From Eledone cirrhosa (lineage: Eukaryota): 64,000 bases of DNA. The notes beneath the pieces are model-generated. The model saw nothing but the letters and a program-made list of their open reading frames with translations. It did no database searches and had not been told where the DNA came from. The stretch lies in the NCBI GenBank assembly GCA_964016885.1, contig OZ024752.1, positions 13,144,001-13,208,000 on the forward strand, in the 5' to 3' direction. Made by a program: the position numbers and the translations under genes. Position 1 is the first letter of the stretch. Every line of letters begins with the position of its first letter. This document shows, piece by piece, positions 13,310 to 27,101 of this stretch.

Positions 13310-13610
13310 TTCGTCATTGTCGTTACTGTTGCTGTCATCGCTGTCATTGCCGTCGCTGTCATCGCTGTCATTGCCGTCATCGCAGTCATTGCCATCTTCG
13401 CTGTCATCGCTGTCATTGCCGTTGCTGTCGTCGCTGTCATTGCCGTCATCGCAGTCATTGCTGTCATTGCCATCTTCGCTGTCATCGCAGTCATTGCCAT
13501 CTTCGCTGTCATCGCAGTCATTGCCTTCTTCGCTGTCATCACAGTCATTGCCGGCATCGTTGTCATTGCTCTCATTGCCATTGCTGTCATCGCTGTTATT
13601 GCCGTCATCT
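13310..13610. repeat. 9-bp-period GTCATCGCT/GTCATTGCC repeat
   Basis: Seen directly; yields low-complexity ORFs in three frames. Confidence 0.9.
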
Positions 13611-13964
13611 AACACCTGTTGCCCCTTCTAGTAAGGGTTTGACAAGAATAGATGGAGGAAACAATGTTACTTCTATCAGCTGGTCTCAACTCCTTCTAGA
13701 GGGAAGCTGGATTTAACCCTTTAGCATTTAAACCAGCCATATCTGGCCAGAATTCTCTCACCTCTCTCTGTTCAAACCAGCTGTAACCAGCCACTCATAC
13801 TGACGTTAAGGTATTGTTCTCAAAATAAAAACAATATCAAAATCTCGTAGATTCATTATTATGTGAGGTCAACAAAGCCTTAACCACAAAAATACAATAG
13901 GAAATATACAGTTCTAGTCCTGTAGAAGCCATTTCTATATTATATATTTTTATATCTTCATCAT

Positions 13965-14392
13965 CATCACCGTTTTACGTCCGTTCTTCCACGCTAGCAT
14001 GGGTTAGATGGGTTGTCCTTTTGTGGGCAGTGTCCGGTCGGCTGACCTTGTCTTGCTCATACGGGAACTGATTCTGGCTTGATTTCTACAGCTGGATGCC
14101 CTTCCTAACACCAACCTCATTTACAGTGAGTGCTGGGTGCTTTTTTTCCGTGGTGCTTACAGGTCCACTTTACAGTGTGGGCTGGGTGCTCTTTTACCAT
14201 GGCACCTCCACGACCACTTTGCAGTGGAATGATAGGAACCCTAGTCCTATCATCTCATTTCTACAGCTGAGTAAACTGGAGCAATGTGAAATGAAGTGTC
14301 TTGCTCAAGGAAACAACACATCAACCGGTCTGAGTATTGAACTCACAACCTTTTGATTGCAAGCCCAATGCTCTAACCACTAAGCCATGTGC
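13965..14392 (-). mobile_element. tRNA-head SINE with RTE-like 3' tail; other copies at 29068-29501(+), 36497-36838(+), 62410-62745(-)
   Basis: Head GGCACATGGCTTAGTGG with a B-box-like motif; 3' end resembles the RTE LINE terminus at 29905-29960 and ends in (TGA)n. Confidence 0.8.
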
Positions 14393-14623
14393 CTATATAT
14401 ATATATATATTTATTTACTGTAGCTTTGCTGTTAATGTGCATATACAGTGAAACATAGATGAGGAGAGAGAGAAGATAGACAGAGAGAGAAGATAGAGAG
14501 ACAGAGAGAAAGAGAGAGTGACAGAGAGAGAGAGAGAGTGCAGTGATGTAGCTAGAGTGTGTGTGATGCAGGGCAGTCCTTCAGTAGCTGCCCCTAGGCC
14601 CTAACAAAAAATACATATTGCTC

Positions 14624-14660
<37 letters not shown>

Positions 14661-15130
14661 CTTCAAGTTATATATATATATATATATATTAACTAGTCTG
14701 TGTACAATTATGATGTTACGCTGCAGCATTAAATGAACGCTATAGCCTACAGCCGACTCAAAAGTGCTACCCCTGTAAAAGTGCCACCTGGGGTGGACTG
14801 CCACACCTTCTAGCTATGCTACTGAGAGAGTGAGAGGGCAAGAAAGACATGGAAATAATGGTAAACTGCTCATCACTGATTAAAGAGTATGGCTGGATGA
14901 ATGTCAATCTCTTATTCTGGTTTGTTGTTGCTTAGACCCAGGTAAAATTTGATCAAACAGACATATGATCAAAGGTAACCCATCTGTGACTATCTAAGGT
15001 ATAGTTTCATTTTTTTTTTAATGTTAGGGCATGTAATTTGAAGGAGAGCTTTAGCTACTATTTCTAGCAGGCTATGTAACCATGCAAAGGCTCCTTTGTT
15101 AGCTTGTTATGTAAGAATTTTAACAAATAC

Positions 15131-15174
15131 CTGTAAGCTGTTGGATCTTCCAAATCATCAACAAGTATTTTTTC
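15131..15174 (-). CDS. CFAP44: CFAP44 small exon: EKILVDDLEDPTAY(S)
   Basis: 44 bp, tcacAG acceptor, GTATTT donor, phase 0 to 2; D.EDP.AYS motif needed to join the flanking exons. Confidence 0.88.
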
Positions 15175-16424
15175 CTGTGAAATAGAAAACAATGATGATA
15201 AATTAATTGTTTCTACTTTTGGCAGAAGGCCAGCAATTATCCCAGTGCATTACTGGTACTTTATTTTATCGACCACGTAAGGATGAAAAGCAAAGTTAGC
15301 ATCGGTGGGATTTGAACCCAAAACGTAAAGGGCCATAACTCTATGCTGCGAAGCATGGTGTCTCATGGTCTACCAATACTGCCATAAAATAATAAAAATA
15401 ACAATGTAGGAAAATCTAAATTTAATTCCAAAGAGAAAAAACCAGAACATTTTTCTCCTAGAGTTCCTTATACTCTGAAGAAGGGAATTTAAGTCCAAAA
15501 TATTAGGACGAAAGAAACAACAGCAACAAAAAACAAAAAAGCAAATATCAGGTAGCTTATTCTTTCGTTACCTTCATCTTACCATCCATTTTGCATTGTT
15601 TAGCCTTATTTCACATATCACTTTCCATATTATATAGTATATACAATGCTTCAAGGAAACTACATTTCATTAATGCAGGTATCTTTCAAGCCCTCCGCTA
15701 TTAACCCACAAACATAGGACCACCATAACAAAGGTACTTTGGACAAGGGGGAATCGAAATCCCATAGTCAAAATCAATATGGGACCTGGGTATTGAGATG
15801 AGCAATGATGCATTGTTTCATGCATACATCACCAAAATGACGCTAATGTGCAGACAACTGGTGGATTGGATTCTGAGAACTTTCAGGACAAGAGACTTGG
15901 AAACCATGTTGCTCCTCTGGAGGACTTTCATCCTCAGCCGACTGGACTATTGCTCTCAGCTGTGATCACCCCACAGTGTCAAACTAACTGCAGAACTTGC
16001 AGCAATCCAACAAAGCTACACCAAGAGGATTGCCTCAATGAAAGAGATGAGCTACTGAGAGAGGCTGAAGAAATTAAAGCTTTACTCCCTGGAGCAGAGC
16101 TGGGAGAGATACACAATGATATATGTATGAAAGATCCTGTTGGTCATCAGGAAAACTTTTGTCCTCAGCCAACTGGACTATTGCTCAGTTGTGGTTGCCC
16201 TACAGTACAAAACTAACTGCAGAACTATATAGTTTCATATAAGCTGGTTACTCAATGTTTTTTTACTTCCCTCGTAAAAGTTTTCCCTAGAACTGTAATT
16301 TCCTTGTTTAAAAACTAGTTTCCAAAGCATTCTAACGTAAAAGTATACACATTGAAATATCTGTATGGTCTCTATTCTATTCTTTATTGATATTATTTTG
16401 CATTATAATTATGCATTATAATAA

Positions 16425-16617
16425 GGGCGGTGAACTGGCAGGATTGGTAGAGGGTCGGACGCCATGCTTTGACGCATAGAGTTACGGCCCTTGCCATTCT
16501 GAGTTCAAATCGCGCCGAGGTTAACTTTGCCTTTCATCCTTACGAGGTCGATAAAATAAAGTACCAGTAATGTACTGAGTAATTGCTGGCCTTGTGCCAA
16601 TAGTAGAAACAATTATT
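16425..16617 (+). mobile_element. second tRNA-derived SINE family; many copies at 15200-15390, 18975-19330, 20640-20965, 21850-22060, 38095-38925, 51160-51375
   Basis: GGGCGGTGAACTGGCAG head, GAGTTCAAATC B box, gataaaataaagtaccag body, (ATT)n tail. Confidence 0.78.
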
Positions 16618-18503
16618 TTGCATTATAATATACATTTGTGAAATATATACGTAACCACATGCTATAGTACGTCTATTTATTCAAAATACGATACATCGTA
16701 ATGGTTTCTCTTTAAATACTGGGTAAATAATATTTCTATTTTATTTTTTCTTTCCCATTTTCAGTAATTTTCGGAGTCTGAAAGACATACATATAATATT
16801 TTTCCTTTTTTTTATTACAAGCAGAATATAAAACAACTTTCTGTTTGTTTATTTTTAAAAAACAGTGATACACAATAGACAACAACAACAAAAAAAACAT
16901 TGCTTATTTCTGATACCTTTCGCTAAAGTATTATATTTTGAAGAATTATATTTTGAAGTATTATATTTTGAAGTATTATATTTTAAAGCATATTTTGAAG
17001 TATTATATTTTAAAGAATTATATTTTGAGGAATTATATTTTGAGGAATTATATTTTGATTTATTTTATTTTCAGAAATAGTAATTGTATTTTCTTTTGTT
17101 TATTTTTTTCATTAATTGGTTATTGAAATATAATAATTGATATAAAGTAAATTATTTTAATTTACTTTATTTTCTGAAATAGCAATTGTATTTCTAATTA
17201 TTTCTAATTATTTGATTGTTATAATTGAAATATGCAGGACAATACAACTGCTCATGAAAATGAGATCAAAACCCAACAGAACTGGAAATTAAAGGAACTA
17301 CAATTATGCTCAGTGCATGGGGTTTAGTTAATGGCTTCCTTTCAAACAAACAAATTAAGGAAACCCTGCAGAGCTGCTGCTTTCTGAGAACTTTGATGCA
17401 GATACAGTGAAAAAAGAATGATTTTTTTCATGCCTATACACTTATTAGGCCACACATGGATCAACTGAGGCATATTTTCAGAGGAGACGGAAGAAGACAA
17501 AAAAGAAAAAAAATACGAGCTGCAAAGAGCCCACTATAGTCTGGAAAGATCTGAAAGCCGCTGATATGGTCTGTGATGCTGGCAATATCAGTGAAGAAGA
17601 TGAAAAAGAAAACAACACAAATAGAGCAAAGGTAAACTAAAGAACCATCAGGCAGACCCCAATAAGAAGAAAGACGCAAATTAAGAGACAGGAGGCGACC
17701 AGTGGAGAAATATTAAGGTGAAGAAGACCCTGGGAAAAAGAAAGCTCAAGTACTCTGTAAATTCTACAAGAAAGGGACCAGCAGCCCATCTGAGGAAGGA
17801 GCTCCACAAGGTGGGGTGGCTGTTACAGTGGGTATCACTGGTGGGTATCACTGGCCATTGTCTGCGGAAATGCTTTTGCAGTCTTGTTCGCGGGGTGCAG
17901 CCCCAACACCACTGCACTCTAGGCCCAGAAGCTCCCTTCCCCTGCCCATTCTTCTGTGAACCTAGAGCCCTTGCTTTTCTGTTTTTAAATATTTGTAGTG
18001 TTTTTCTAATTATTTTATAGTCAATCCTCTAGTTACTCATTATTAAATTGTGTATATTGTTTAAATAATAAAAATAAACCTAACTTATTAAAATATCCCA
18101 ACATTAATACATTGAAACTATGATCACCTCCAGAAGAAGATACTTATTAACAGTTATAGGTTTATCATCAATACATGTTTTTCACTCACAAAGTCGGCTT
18201 AAAAACCACTGATAATTACAGATATATGAAAAAGAAAGATAAAAACAAAGTTATGTAATGAGAAAAAGGGGGAAGGGGTAAAGAAGGACAGATCTGGCTG
18301 TATGGGAAAATAGAGGAAAGGACTATAAATATCAGGAGAGGAAATGGAGGGAAAAAAGAGGAAAAAAAAAGGACTCTTGGGCCTCGGAAGAAAGGGAAGA
18401 GGAGAGGGTGATGGGCTCTGAGCCTAGGGCAGAGTGGTGTATCTTAGAATGAAATTACAAGAAAAAAAAAATTATATATATGTATATTATGAATTATACA
18501 TAC

Positions 18504-18780
18504 CTTTACTAAGAAAGTGTAAGACTCTGCAACAGAAATCTTCTCTTCAATTTCCTTTTCTGTCATATAAGAGAAAATAAATAGATTGCTGTCACCACCA
18601 GAAGTCAACAGGAAATCACCTTGAAAGCTAACTGATAGACCAGTTAGATAGCCATAGTCAGAATCATGTATCCCAAACTCCCAGTAAGGACCGAGCTCCT
18701 TCAGGGAACCAGGTTCAGGTAAATGATGCACTCGGATTTTGCCGTCAGTCATACCTAGTAACAACTGAGTATTGGACTTG
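18504..18780 (-). CDS. CFAP44: CFAP44 exon: KSNTQLLLGMTDGKIRV...YWEFGIHDSDYG...GGDSNLFIF...LVK
   Basis: Within ORF 18444..18815; HD..YG and G.D.N.F.F motifs; 277 bp, phase 2 to 0. Confidence 0.93.
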
Positions 18781-19334
18781 CTGATGAATAAATAAAATAG
18801 AGAAGAAGAAAGCATTTATTATTAATAAGATTTACTCGTTTGTGTACAATTAAATTAGTCATATGAGACAGCAATACTAATAGGTACATAGGTACATGCT
18901 GTGTTGAAACTAAAACATAGTTTGAACAGCAATTACATCAACCACATGCAATTTTATAACATTACAGCACGCAATAATGGTTTCTGATTTAGGCACAAGG
19001 CCAACAATTTTGGGGAAGGGGGAAAAGTCAATTAAATCGACCCCAGTGTATTACTGGTGCTTTATTTTATCGACCCCGTAAGGATGACAGGCAAAGCTAA
19101 CCTCGGTGGGATTTGAGCTCAGAACGTAAAGTGCCATAACTCTCTGTCACAAAGCATGGTGTCTGATGCTCTACCGATAATACCAATTCACCATCCAATA
19201 ATAATTGTTTCTACTTTTGGCACAAGGCCACCGATTACCCCAGTGTATTACTGGTGCTTTGTTTTATTGACCACATAAGGATGAAAGGCAAAGTTAACCC
19301 CGGCAGGATTTGAACTCAGATCATAAAGGGCCGC

Positions 19335-19683
19335 ACAAGGCCAGCAATAACCCAGTGCATTACTGGTACTTTATCCACCGGCAATAATAATTGTTTCTAC
19401 TTTAGACACAAGGCCAGCAATTACCCAGTGCATTACTGGTACTTTATCCACCGGCAATAATAATTCTTTCTACTTTAGACACAAGGCCAGCAATTACCCA
19501 GTGCATTACTGGTACTTTATCCACTGGCAATAATAATTCTTTCTACTTTAGACACAAGGCCAGCAATTACCCAGTGCATTACTGGTACTTTATCCACCGG
19601 CAATAATAATTGTTTCTACTTTAGACACAAGGCCAGCAATTACCCAGTGCATTACTGGTACTTTATCCACCGGCAATAATAAT
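19335..19683. repeat. about 73-bp tandem repeat (about 5 copies) built from the 3' end of SINE family 2
   Basis: cacaaggccagcaattacccagtgcattactggtactttatccaccggcaataataat... recurs at about 73-bp spacing. Confidence 0.85.
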
Positions 19684-19939
19684 GACAGCAAATCAAGAAT
19701 AAAAAAAAACACAAAGAAAGCAGAAAAAAATAAACATTTTTAGAATGTGTTTAATGAGATACCGTTCAGATAGATACACTTAAACTCAGTGTCTATCTTC
19801 CTTTTACTTATTAGACAAATATATGAAATGATAAGAATTTCTAATTTGGGCACAAGGCCAATTGTAATTAAGGGGAATGCAAAAGTTAATTAAATTGACC
19901 CCATTGTTTGACTGGTACTTTATTTTATCAACCCCAGTT

Positions 19940-20350
19940 GTGTTATATGGTCTTGACTGTGTCAATTGGATGACAAGGTCACTTCAAAAGCTCTCTACAT
20001 TCTAGAATCACATCATGAGACTTATGACTGGGAAGCGGCTCAGCAACCGTATCTGTATCAGTGAGCTGCTCAACATTACCAAACTTAGACCAATTACATC
20101 AATTGTCAAGTCAAGAGTACTCAAACTATATGGTCATATAAAAAGATCAACTGGTGTGAGTAGGTTCTGCCTGGAAGGAAGGTTGGCTGGTAAGAGAAGC
20201 AGAGGCCGGCAGCCAAAATGATGGATTGACAATGTCAACTTATGGACTGGACTTGATCTTTGCTCTTTAAACTCTGCTGCTGGTGATCGAATTTTGTGGA
20301 GAGAGATATGACATGTTAATGTGCAGTCTGCAACTGGTGGAGTCTAGTGT
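19940..20350 (+). mobile_element. RTE-like LINE 3' fragment inserted within a SINE
   Basis: ORF 20015..20221: LKLYGHIKR...LEGRLAGKRSRGR. The SINE breaks at about 19937 and resumes at about 20357. Confidence 0.6.
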
Positions 20351-20975
20351 CACAAGTGTAAGGATGAAAGGCAAAGCTAACCTCGGCAGAATTTGAACTC
20401 AGAACATAAAGAGCCAAATGAAATACACTAGATTGCCCTATATATACACACACACGTGTATATATATCATCATCATCATAATCATTTTATGTCCAATTTT
20501 TCCATGATTCCTAAATTTGATAATCATCATTTTTTGGTGTGTGTGTGTGGGGGGGGAGAGGCAAGTTAATGCTTTGAAAATTATAGGATGTACTTTCAAC
20601 AGAACTATAGTAATGAAAGGGTTAAATGTGGTTTGATTATAAAATGTGGTGAATTGGCAGTATCAGTAAAGCGTCAGATATGTTTTGTGGCATAGAGTTA
20701 TGGCCCTTTATGTTCTGAGTTCAAATCTCTCACCGAGGTTATTTTGATAAAATAAAGTACCAGTAATGCAAAAATTGTTGACCTTGTACCTAAATCAGAA
20801 ACCATTTTTATTATGGTTTGCAGCACAGAGTTACGACCCTTTACGGTCTGAGTTAAAATCCGGCTGAGGATAAATTTGCCTTTCATCCTTACAAGATCGA
20901 TAAAATAAAATACCAGTAATGCACTGGGATAATTGTTGGCCTTGTGCCAAAAGTTGAAACAATTATTATTATGAA

Positions 20976-21458
20976 CTAGCAGAAAAACCCCCCTCCAGGT
21001 GGTTTTCTGCTAGCATGTGTAGTGTGTATATTGATATTATACGCAAGTATATATACATGTAGATATGATACATCAAATAAAATCGTAATTGATAATATAC
21101 ACAGAAACTGAACAAAGACTGCGTTACACTGTCTTATGTAATCAGTAACGTAATCCATGATACATTAAAAAAAGACGATATTATATATAAACTGCATTAG
21201 GACAAAATTAGTGACGGAAATATATGAATGTTTATTTAAGCGATCGCTAACCGGAAGTGTTGGCATTTGAAAATTTTAAAGAAGTGAATCTTTAAATAAA
21301 CAATAAAATATCTTTAATCAAGAATAAAGAAATTTAGTAGATAAATTATGTAATATTCATTCATTATTTATTCAAAATAATCCAACTTATTTTACTAATG
21401 GGATAAAAAATTATAAACCGTATGCAGTCCCATGCTCCTTACTTTATTATAGTTTAGA
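20976..21458 (-). mobile_element. non-autonomous Helitron-like element, copy 2
   Basis: Reverse complement of 9431-9913; TC...CTAG ends, inserted between A and T. Confidence 0.72.
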
Positions 21459-22263
21459 TTTAATATCTGTCATGAGAGTTATTTAACTGGAAAATTTGCC
21501 TGAATGAACATCAAGTTTCTAGTTGCTGTCTCAGAAAGCATTAAATAAATATAGGATAGTGGATTGACAGTATTGATAGAGCATTGAACAACATGCTTTA
21601 TGGAATGGAGTTACGGCCCTTTACATTCTGAGTTCAAATCTTTTGCCAATGTATTTGGTGAAACAGTTTCTCAAAAATATCCACACAATGATCTTAGATT
21701 TTCACTGGTTTACTATCTTGGTATGTTTTCTAAGAATCCATAAAAAATGTTATTACAAAGACATAGTAAGTACTTATTTCCTTTCCTTGTTGACTTCTGT
21801 CCCGCTGAGGTTAACGTTCAAGTTAACCTTGGCGCGATTTGAACTCAAAACATAAAGGGTTGTAACTCAACGCAACATTCTTTGTGGCATTGAGTTATGA
21901 CCATTTATGTTCTGAGTTCAATTCCCGCTGATGTTAGCTTTGCTTTTCATCCTTACGGGGTCAATAAAATAAAGTACCAGTAATGCACTGGGGTCGATTT
22001 AATAAACTTTCCTCTCTTTCCCCAAAATTGTTGGCCTTGTGCCTAAATCAGAAACCATTATTTTATATAAGAACCTTACATTAAGTTACTATCTTAGTAA
22101 TGAAATAATCAATAATTTTAGTAAATCCCTCAAAATTCTTTATTAATTAATTGAAACGGTGTATTTCATTAGAAATGCAGTCGTGAAGGGGTTAATAAAT
22201 TGTGTAAATTTCTGTATCTTTGCAAAACCTTACTGTGAAAAAACTTGGAAAAAAGAACTCTAC

Positions 22264-22415
22264 CTGAACTTCATGATTGTAATTCCAGCATCATGGCTAT
22301 TAACAACAGCAACAGCTCTCATTGGGGTTGCTGGATCAGGGTCATACACAGCTTTCAGAGGTTCACCGTTGCCTGGAAATGCACATTCATATATATAACC
22401 AGCATCATATTCACC
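22264..22415 (-). CDS. CFAP44: CFAP44 exon: GEYDAGYIYECAFPGNGEPLKAVYDPD...GITIMKF
   Basis: tccAG acceptor, GTAGAG donor, 152 bp, phase 0 to 2; G.YD.G..Y.C.F motif; follows a 111-bp intron. Confidence 0.9.
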
Positions 22416-22526
22416 CTGGAATACAGAATTAGCAAATTGTATCAAGTTTTTTTCAGCATAATCACTGGAAACAAACAATATTACCCCCGTAATATTATAA
22501 TGGTAGAATGTAGGCTCTGAACTTAC

Positions 22527-22648
22527 CATTGCCAACCAGAAAGATTTTCCGTCTGAAGAACACATCCCACATAAGATCGGACTGGGAATTTCTGGAATGT
22601 AGGGTTCCCAGTTATCTTCTACCTCTTTAGTTTCTTCTTTTTCTTCTA
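22527..22648 (-). CDS. CFAP44: CFAP44 exon: EEKEETKEVEDNWEPYIPEIPSPILCGMCSSDGKSFWLAM
   Basis: IP..PSPILCG...FW motif; donor GTAAGT. The acceptor is a tandem AAG/TAG/AAG, so the start could be 22648, 22645 or 22642. Confidence 0.9.
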
Positions 22649-22717
22649 CTTAAAATGGGAAACAGAACACAAAGCAATCATACTAAGAATGAAACATCAT
22701 CATCATCATTTGACATC

Positions 22718-25700
22718 CATATATACACTACATTTGGTGTTATCCAAGGGAAAGGCTAAGGCTGATACAGCTAGACACCAGTGATATACACTATATAGAC
22801 AGTATATATACACTACATTTGGTGTTGTCCAAGAGAAAGGCTAAGGCTGATACAGCTTGGCACCAGTGATATACACTATATATACAGTATATATACACTA
22901 CATTTGGTGTTGTCTAAGGGAAAGGCTAAGGCTGATACAGCTTGGCACCAGTGATATACACTATATATACAGTATATATACACTACATTTGGTGTTGTCT
23001 AAGGAAAAGGCTAAGGCTGATACAGCTTAGCACCAGTGATATACACTATATATACAGTATATATACACTACATTTGGTGTTGTCTAAGGAAAAGGCTAAG
23101 GCTGACACGGCTAGACACCAGTGATATACACTATATAGACAGTATATATACACTACATTTGGTGTTGTCCAAGAGAAAGGCTAAGGCTGATACAGCTTGG
23201 CACCAGTGATATACACTATATATACAGTATATATACACTACATTTGGTGTTGTCTAAGGGAAAGGCTAAGGCTGATACAGCTTGGCACCAGTGATATACA
23301 CTATATATACAGTATATATACACTACATTTGGTGTTGTCTAAGGAAAAGGCTAAGGCTGATACAGCTTAGCACCAGTGATATACACTATATATACAGTAT
23401 ATATACACTACATTTGGTGTTGTCTAAGGAAAAGGCTAAGGCTGACACAGCTAGACACCAGTGATATACACAATATATACAGTATATATACACTATATTT
23501 GGTGTTGTCCAAGGAAAAGGCTAAGGCTGATACAGCTTGGCACCAGTGATATACACTATATATACAGTATATATACACTACATTTGGTGTTATCCAAGGG
23601 AAAGGCTAAGGCTGATACGGCTTGGCACCAGTGATATACACAATATATACAGTATATATACACTACATTTGGTGTTGTCCAAGGGAAAGGCTAAGGCTGA
23701 TACAGCTTGGCACCAGTGATATACACTATATATACAGTATATATACACTACATTTGGTGTTATCCAAGGGAAAGGCTAAGGCTGATACAGCTAGACACCA
23801 GTGATATACACTATATAGACAGTATATATACACTACATTTGGTGTTATCCAAGAGAAAGGCTAAGGCTGATACAGCTTGGCACCAGTGATATACACTATA
23901 TATACAGTATATATACACTACATTTGGTGTTATCCAAGGGAAAGGCTAAGGCTGATACAGCTAGACACCAGTGATATACACTATATAGACAGTATATATA
24001 CACTACATTTGGTGTTATCCAAGGGAAAGGCTAAGGCTGATACAGCTAGACACCAGTGATATACGCTATATATACAGTATATATACACTACATTTGGTGT
24101 TATCCAAGGGAAAGGCTAAGGCTGATACAGCTAGACACCAGTGATATACGCTATATATACAGTATATATACACTACATTTGGTGTTATCCAAGGGAAAGG
24201 CTAAGGCTGATACAGCTAGACACCAGTGATATACGCTATATATACAGTATATATACACTACATTTGGTGTTATCCAAGGGAAAGGCTAAGGCTGATACAG
24301 CTAGACACCAGTGATATACGCTATATATACAGTATATATACACTACATTTGGTGTTATCCAAGGGAAAGGCTAAGGCTGATACAGCTTGGCACCAGTGAT
24401 ATACACTATATATACAGTATATATACACTACATTTGGTGTTGTCCAAGGGAAAGGCTAAGGCTGATACAGCTTGGCATCAGTGATATACACTATATAGAC
24501 AGTATATATACACTACATTTGGTGTGGTCCAAGGGAAAGGCTAAGGCTGATACAGCTTAGCACCAGTGATATACACTATATATACAGTATATATACACTG
24601 CATTTGGTGTTGTCCAAGGGAAAGGCTAAGGCTGATACAGCTTGGCATCAGTGATATACACTATATATACAGTATATATACACTACATTTGGTGTTGTCC
24701 AAGGGAAAGGCTAAGGCTGACACAGCTAGACACCAGTGATATACACAATATATACAGTATATATACACTACATTTGGTGTTGTCTAAGGGAAAGGCTAAG
24801 GCTGATACAGCTAGACACCAGTGATATACACTATATAGACAGTATATATACACTACATTTGGTGTTGTCTAAGGAAAAGGCTAAGGCTGACACAGCTAGA
24901 CACCAGTGATATACACAATATATACAGTATATATACACTACATTTGGTGTTGTCTAAGGGAAAGGCTAAGGCTGATACAGCTAGACACCAGTGATATACA
25001 CTATATAGACAGTATATATACACTACATTTGGTGTTGTCTAAGGAAAAGGCTAAGGCTGATACAGCTTGGCACCAGTGATATACACTATATATACAGTAT
25101 ATATACACTACATTTGGTGTTATCCAAGGGAAAGGCTAAGGCTGATACAGCTTGGCACCAGTGATATACACTATATATACAGTATATATACACTACATTT
25201 GGTGTTATCCAAGGGAAAGGCTAAGGCTGATACAGCTAGACACCAGTGATATACACAATATATACAGTATATATACACTACATTTGGTGTTGTCCAAGGG
25301 AAAGGCTAAGGCTGATACAGCTTGGCACCAGTGATATACACTATATATACAGTATATATACACTACATTTGGTGTTGTCCAAGGGAAAGGCTAAGGCTGA
25401 TACAGCTTGGCACCAGTGATATACACTATATATACAGTATATATACACTACATTTGGTGTTGTCTAAGGGAAAGGCTAAGGCTGATACAGCTTGGCACCA
25501 GTGATATACACTATATAGACAGTATATATACACTACATTTGGTGTTGTCCAAGAGAAAGGCTAAGGCTGATACAGCTTGGCACCAGTGATATACACTATA
25601 TATACAGTATATATACACTACATTTGGTGTTGTCCAAGGGAAAGGCTAAGGCTGATACAGCTTGGCACCAGTGATATACACTATATATACAGTATATATA

Positions 25701-26355
25701 CACTACATTTGGTGTTGTCCAAGGGAAAGGCTAAGGCTGATACAGCTAGACACCAGTGATATACACTATATAGACAGTATATATACACTACATTTGGTGT
25801 TGTCCAAGAGAAAGGCTAAGGCTGATACAGCTTGGCACCAGTGATATACACTATATAGACAGTATATATACACTACATTTGGTGTTATCCAAGGGAAAGG
25901 CTAAGGCTGATACAGCTTGGCACCAGTGATATACACTATATATACAGTATATATACACTACATTTGGTGTTGTCTAAGGAAAAGGCTAAGGCTGACACAG
26001 CTTGGCATCAGTGATATACACTATATATACAGTATATATACACTACATTTGGTGTTGTCTAAGGGAAAGGCTAAGGCTGATACAGCTTGGCACCAGTGAT
26101 ATACACTATATAGACAGTATATATACACTACATTTGGTGTTGTCCAAGGGAAAGTCTAAGGCTGATACAGCTTGACACCAGTGATATACACTATATATAC
26201 AGTATATATACACTACATTTGGTGTTGTCTAAGGGAAAGGCTAAGGCTGATACAGCTTGGCACCAGTGATATACACTATATATACAGTATATATACACTA
26301 CATTTGGTGTTGTCCAAGGGAAAGGCTAAGGCTGATACAGCTAGACACCAGTGAT
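22718..26355. repeat. 85-bp satellite array, about 43 copies, SINE-derived
   Basis: Unit atatatacactacatttggtgttgtccaagggaaaggctaaggctgatacagcttggcaccagtgatatacactatatatacagt; runs into a minus-strand SINE body and head at 26355-26500. Confidence 0.95.
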
Positions 26356-26989
26356 GTTGCAACTCATTTCTACAGCTGTGTAAAATTGAAGCAATGTGAA
26401 ATAAAGTGTCTTGCTCAAGCACACAATGCATCACCTGGCCTGAGAATCAAACTCACAACTTCTCAATTGCAAGCCCAATGCTCTAACCACTAAGCCATGC
26501 ACTATCACATCACATAGTGGAGTATTAACACGAAAAAATGGTTATATTAAGCAAGTTGCTAGAAACAGCTATAGCACTATTGAGTGTGCAATCAGGAGGA
26601 GAACTATCAATAACAACACGGGAGGAGAAGAGATGGTATCTAGATGGTAATGGCTTAATGGGGGTGACCAGTGAGGTCAGTGTAACTCACTTGAACACAT
26701 GTTGAGGTTTGATCAACCTCGATTCAGTCATCTGGATGAGGGTGACTATGTTGTAAGACCCTGAAATACTCAGTAACTGCAAGGCACAAAACAATTGATG
26801 TGTTCTGTAGATAGATCATCTGGATGAGGGTGACAATGTTGTAAGACCCTAAACATCCAATGAGTCCAGGATACAACACTGATGATGTGTCTAAGGATTT
26901 GTATCCGTGGATGTATGAAGAACGTGTGAGGAACTCTATTACTCATCACAGCACCCTAGAATGAAGATAACATTTATGAAGAACTTTAC

Positions 26990-27101
26990 CACTTTCATCA
27001 GCTTCTGAACCAGATATATCTCCCCGCAGCAGACGTTCTTCCTCTTCTGCTCGGAGACGTGCTTCTTCTTGCTTCCTTAGAATTTCCAACTCTTCCTCAT
27101 G
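26990..27101 (-). CDS. CFAP44: CFAP44 exon (charged linker): HEEELEILRKQEEARLRAEEEERLLRGDISGSEADES
   Basis: Within ORF 26946..27137; ggcAG acceptor, GTAAAG donor, 112 bp, phase 0 to 1. Confidence 0.85.

Noticed and set aside
13301-13615. Asp/Ser-rich biomineralisation-like ORF on the minus strand
   Set aside because: Simple 9-bp repeat open in several frames, with no signal peptide or clear splice sites; CFAP44 exons join correctly without it.
16920-17060. YFE-repeat peptide
   Set aside because: 15-bp AT-rich minisatellite with no coding support.
22718-26355. Repeated 60-aa ORFs or CRISPR-like array (likewise 67-aa ORFs at 42646-44104)
   Set aside because: Contiguous tandem units without spacers; the ORFs are artefacts of period length.
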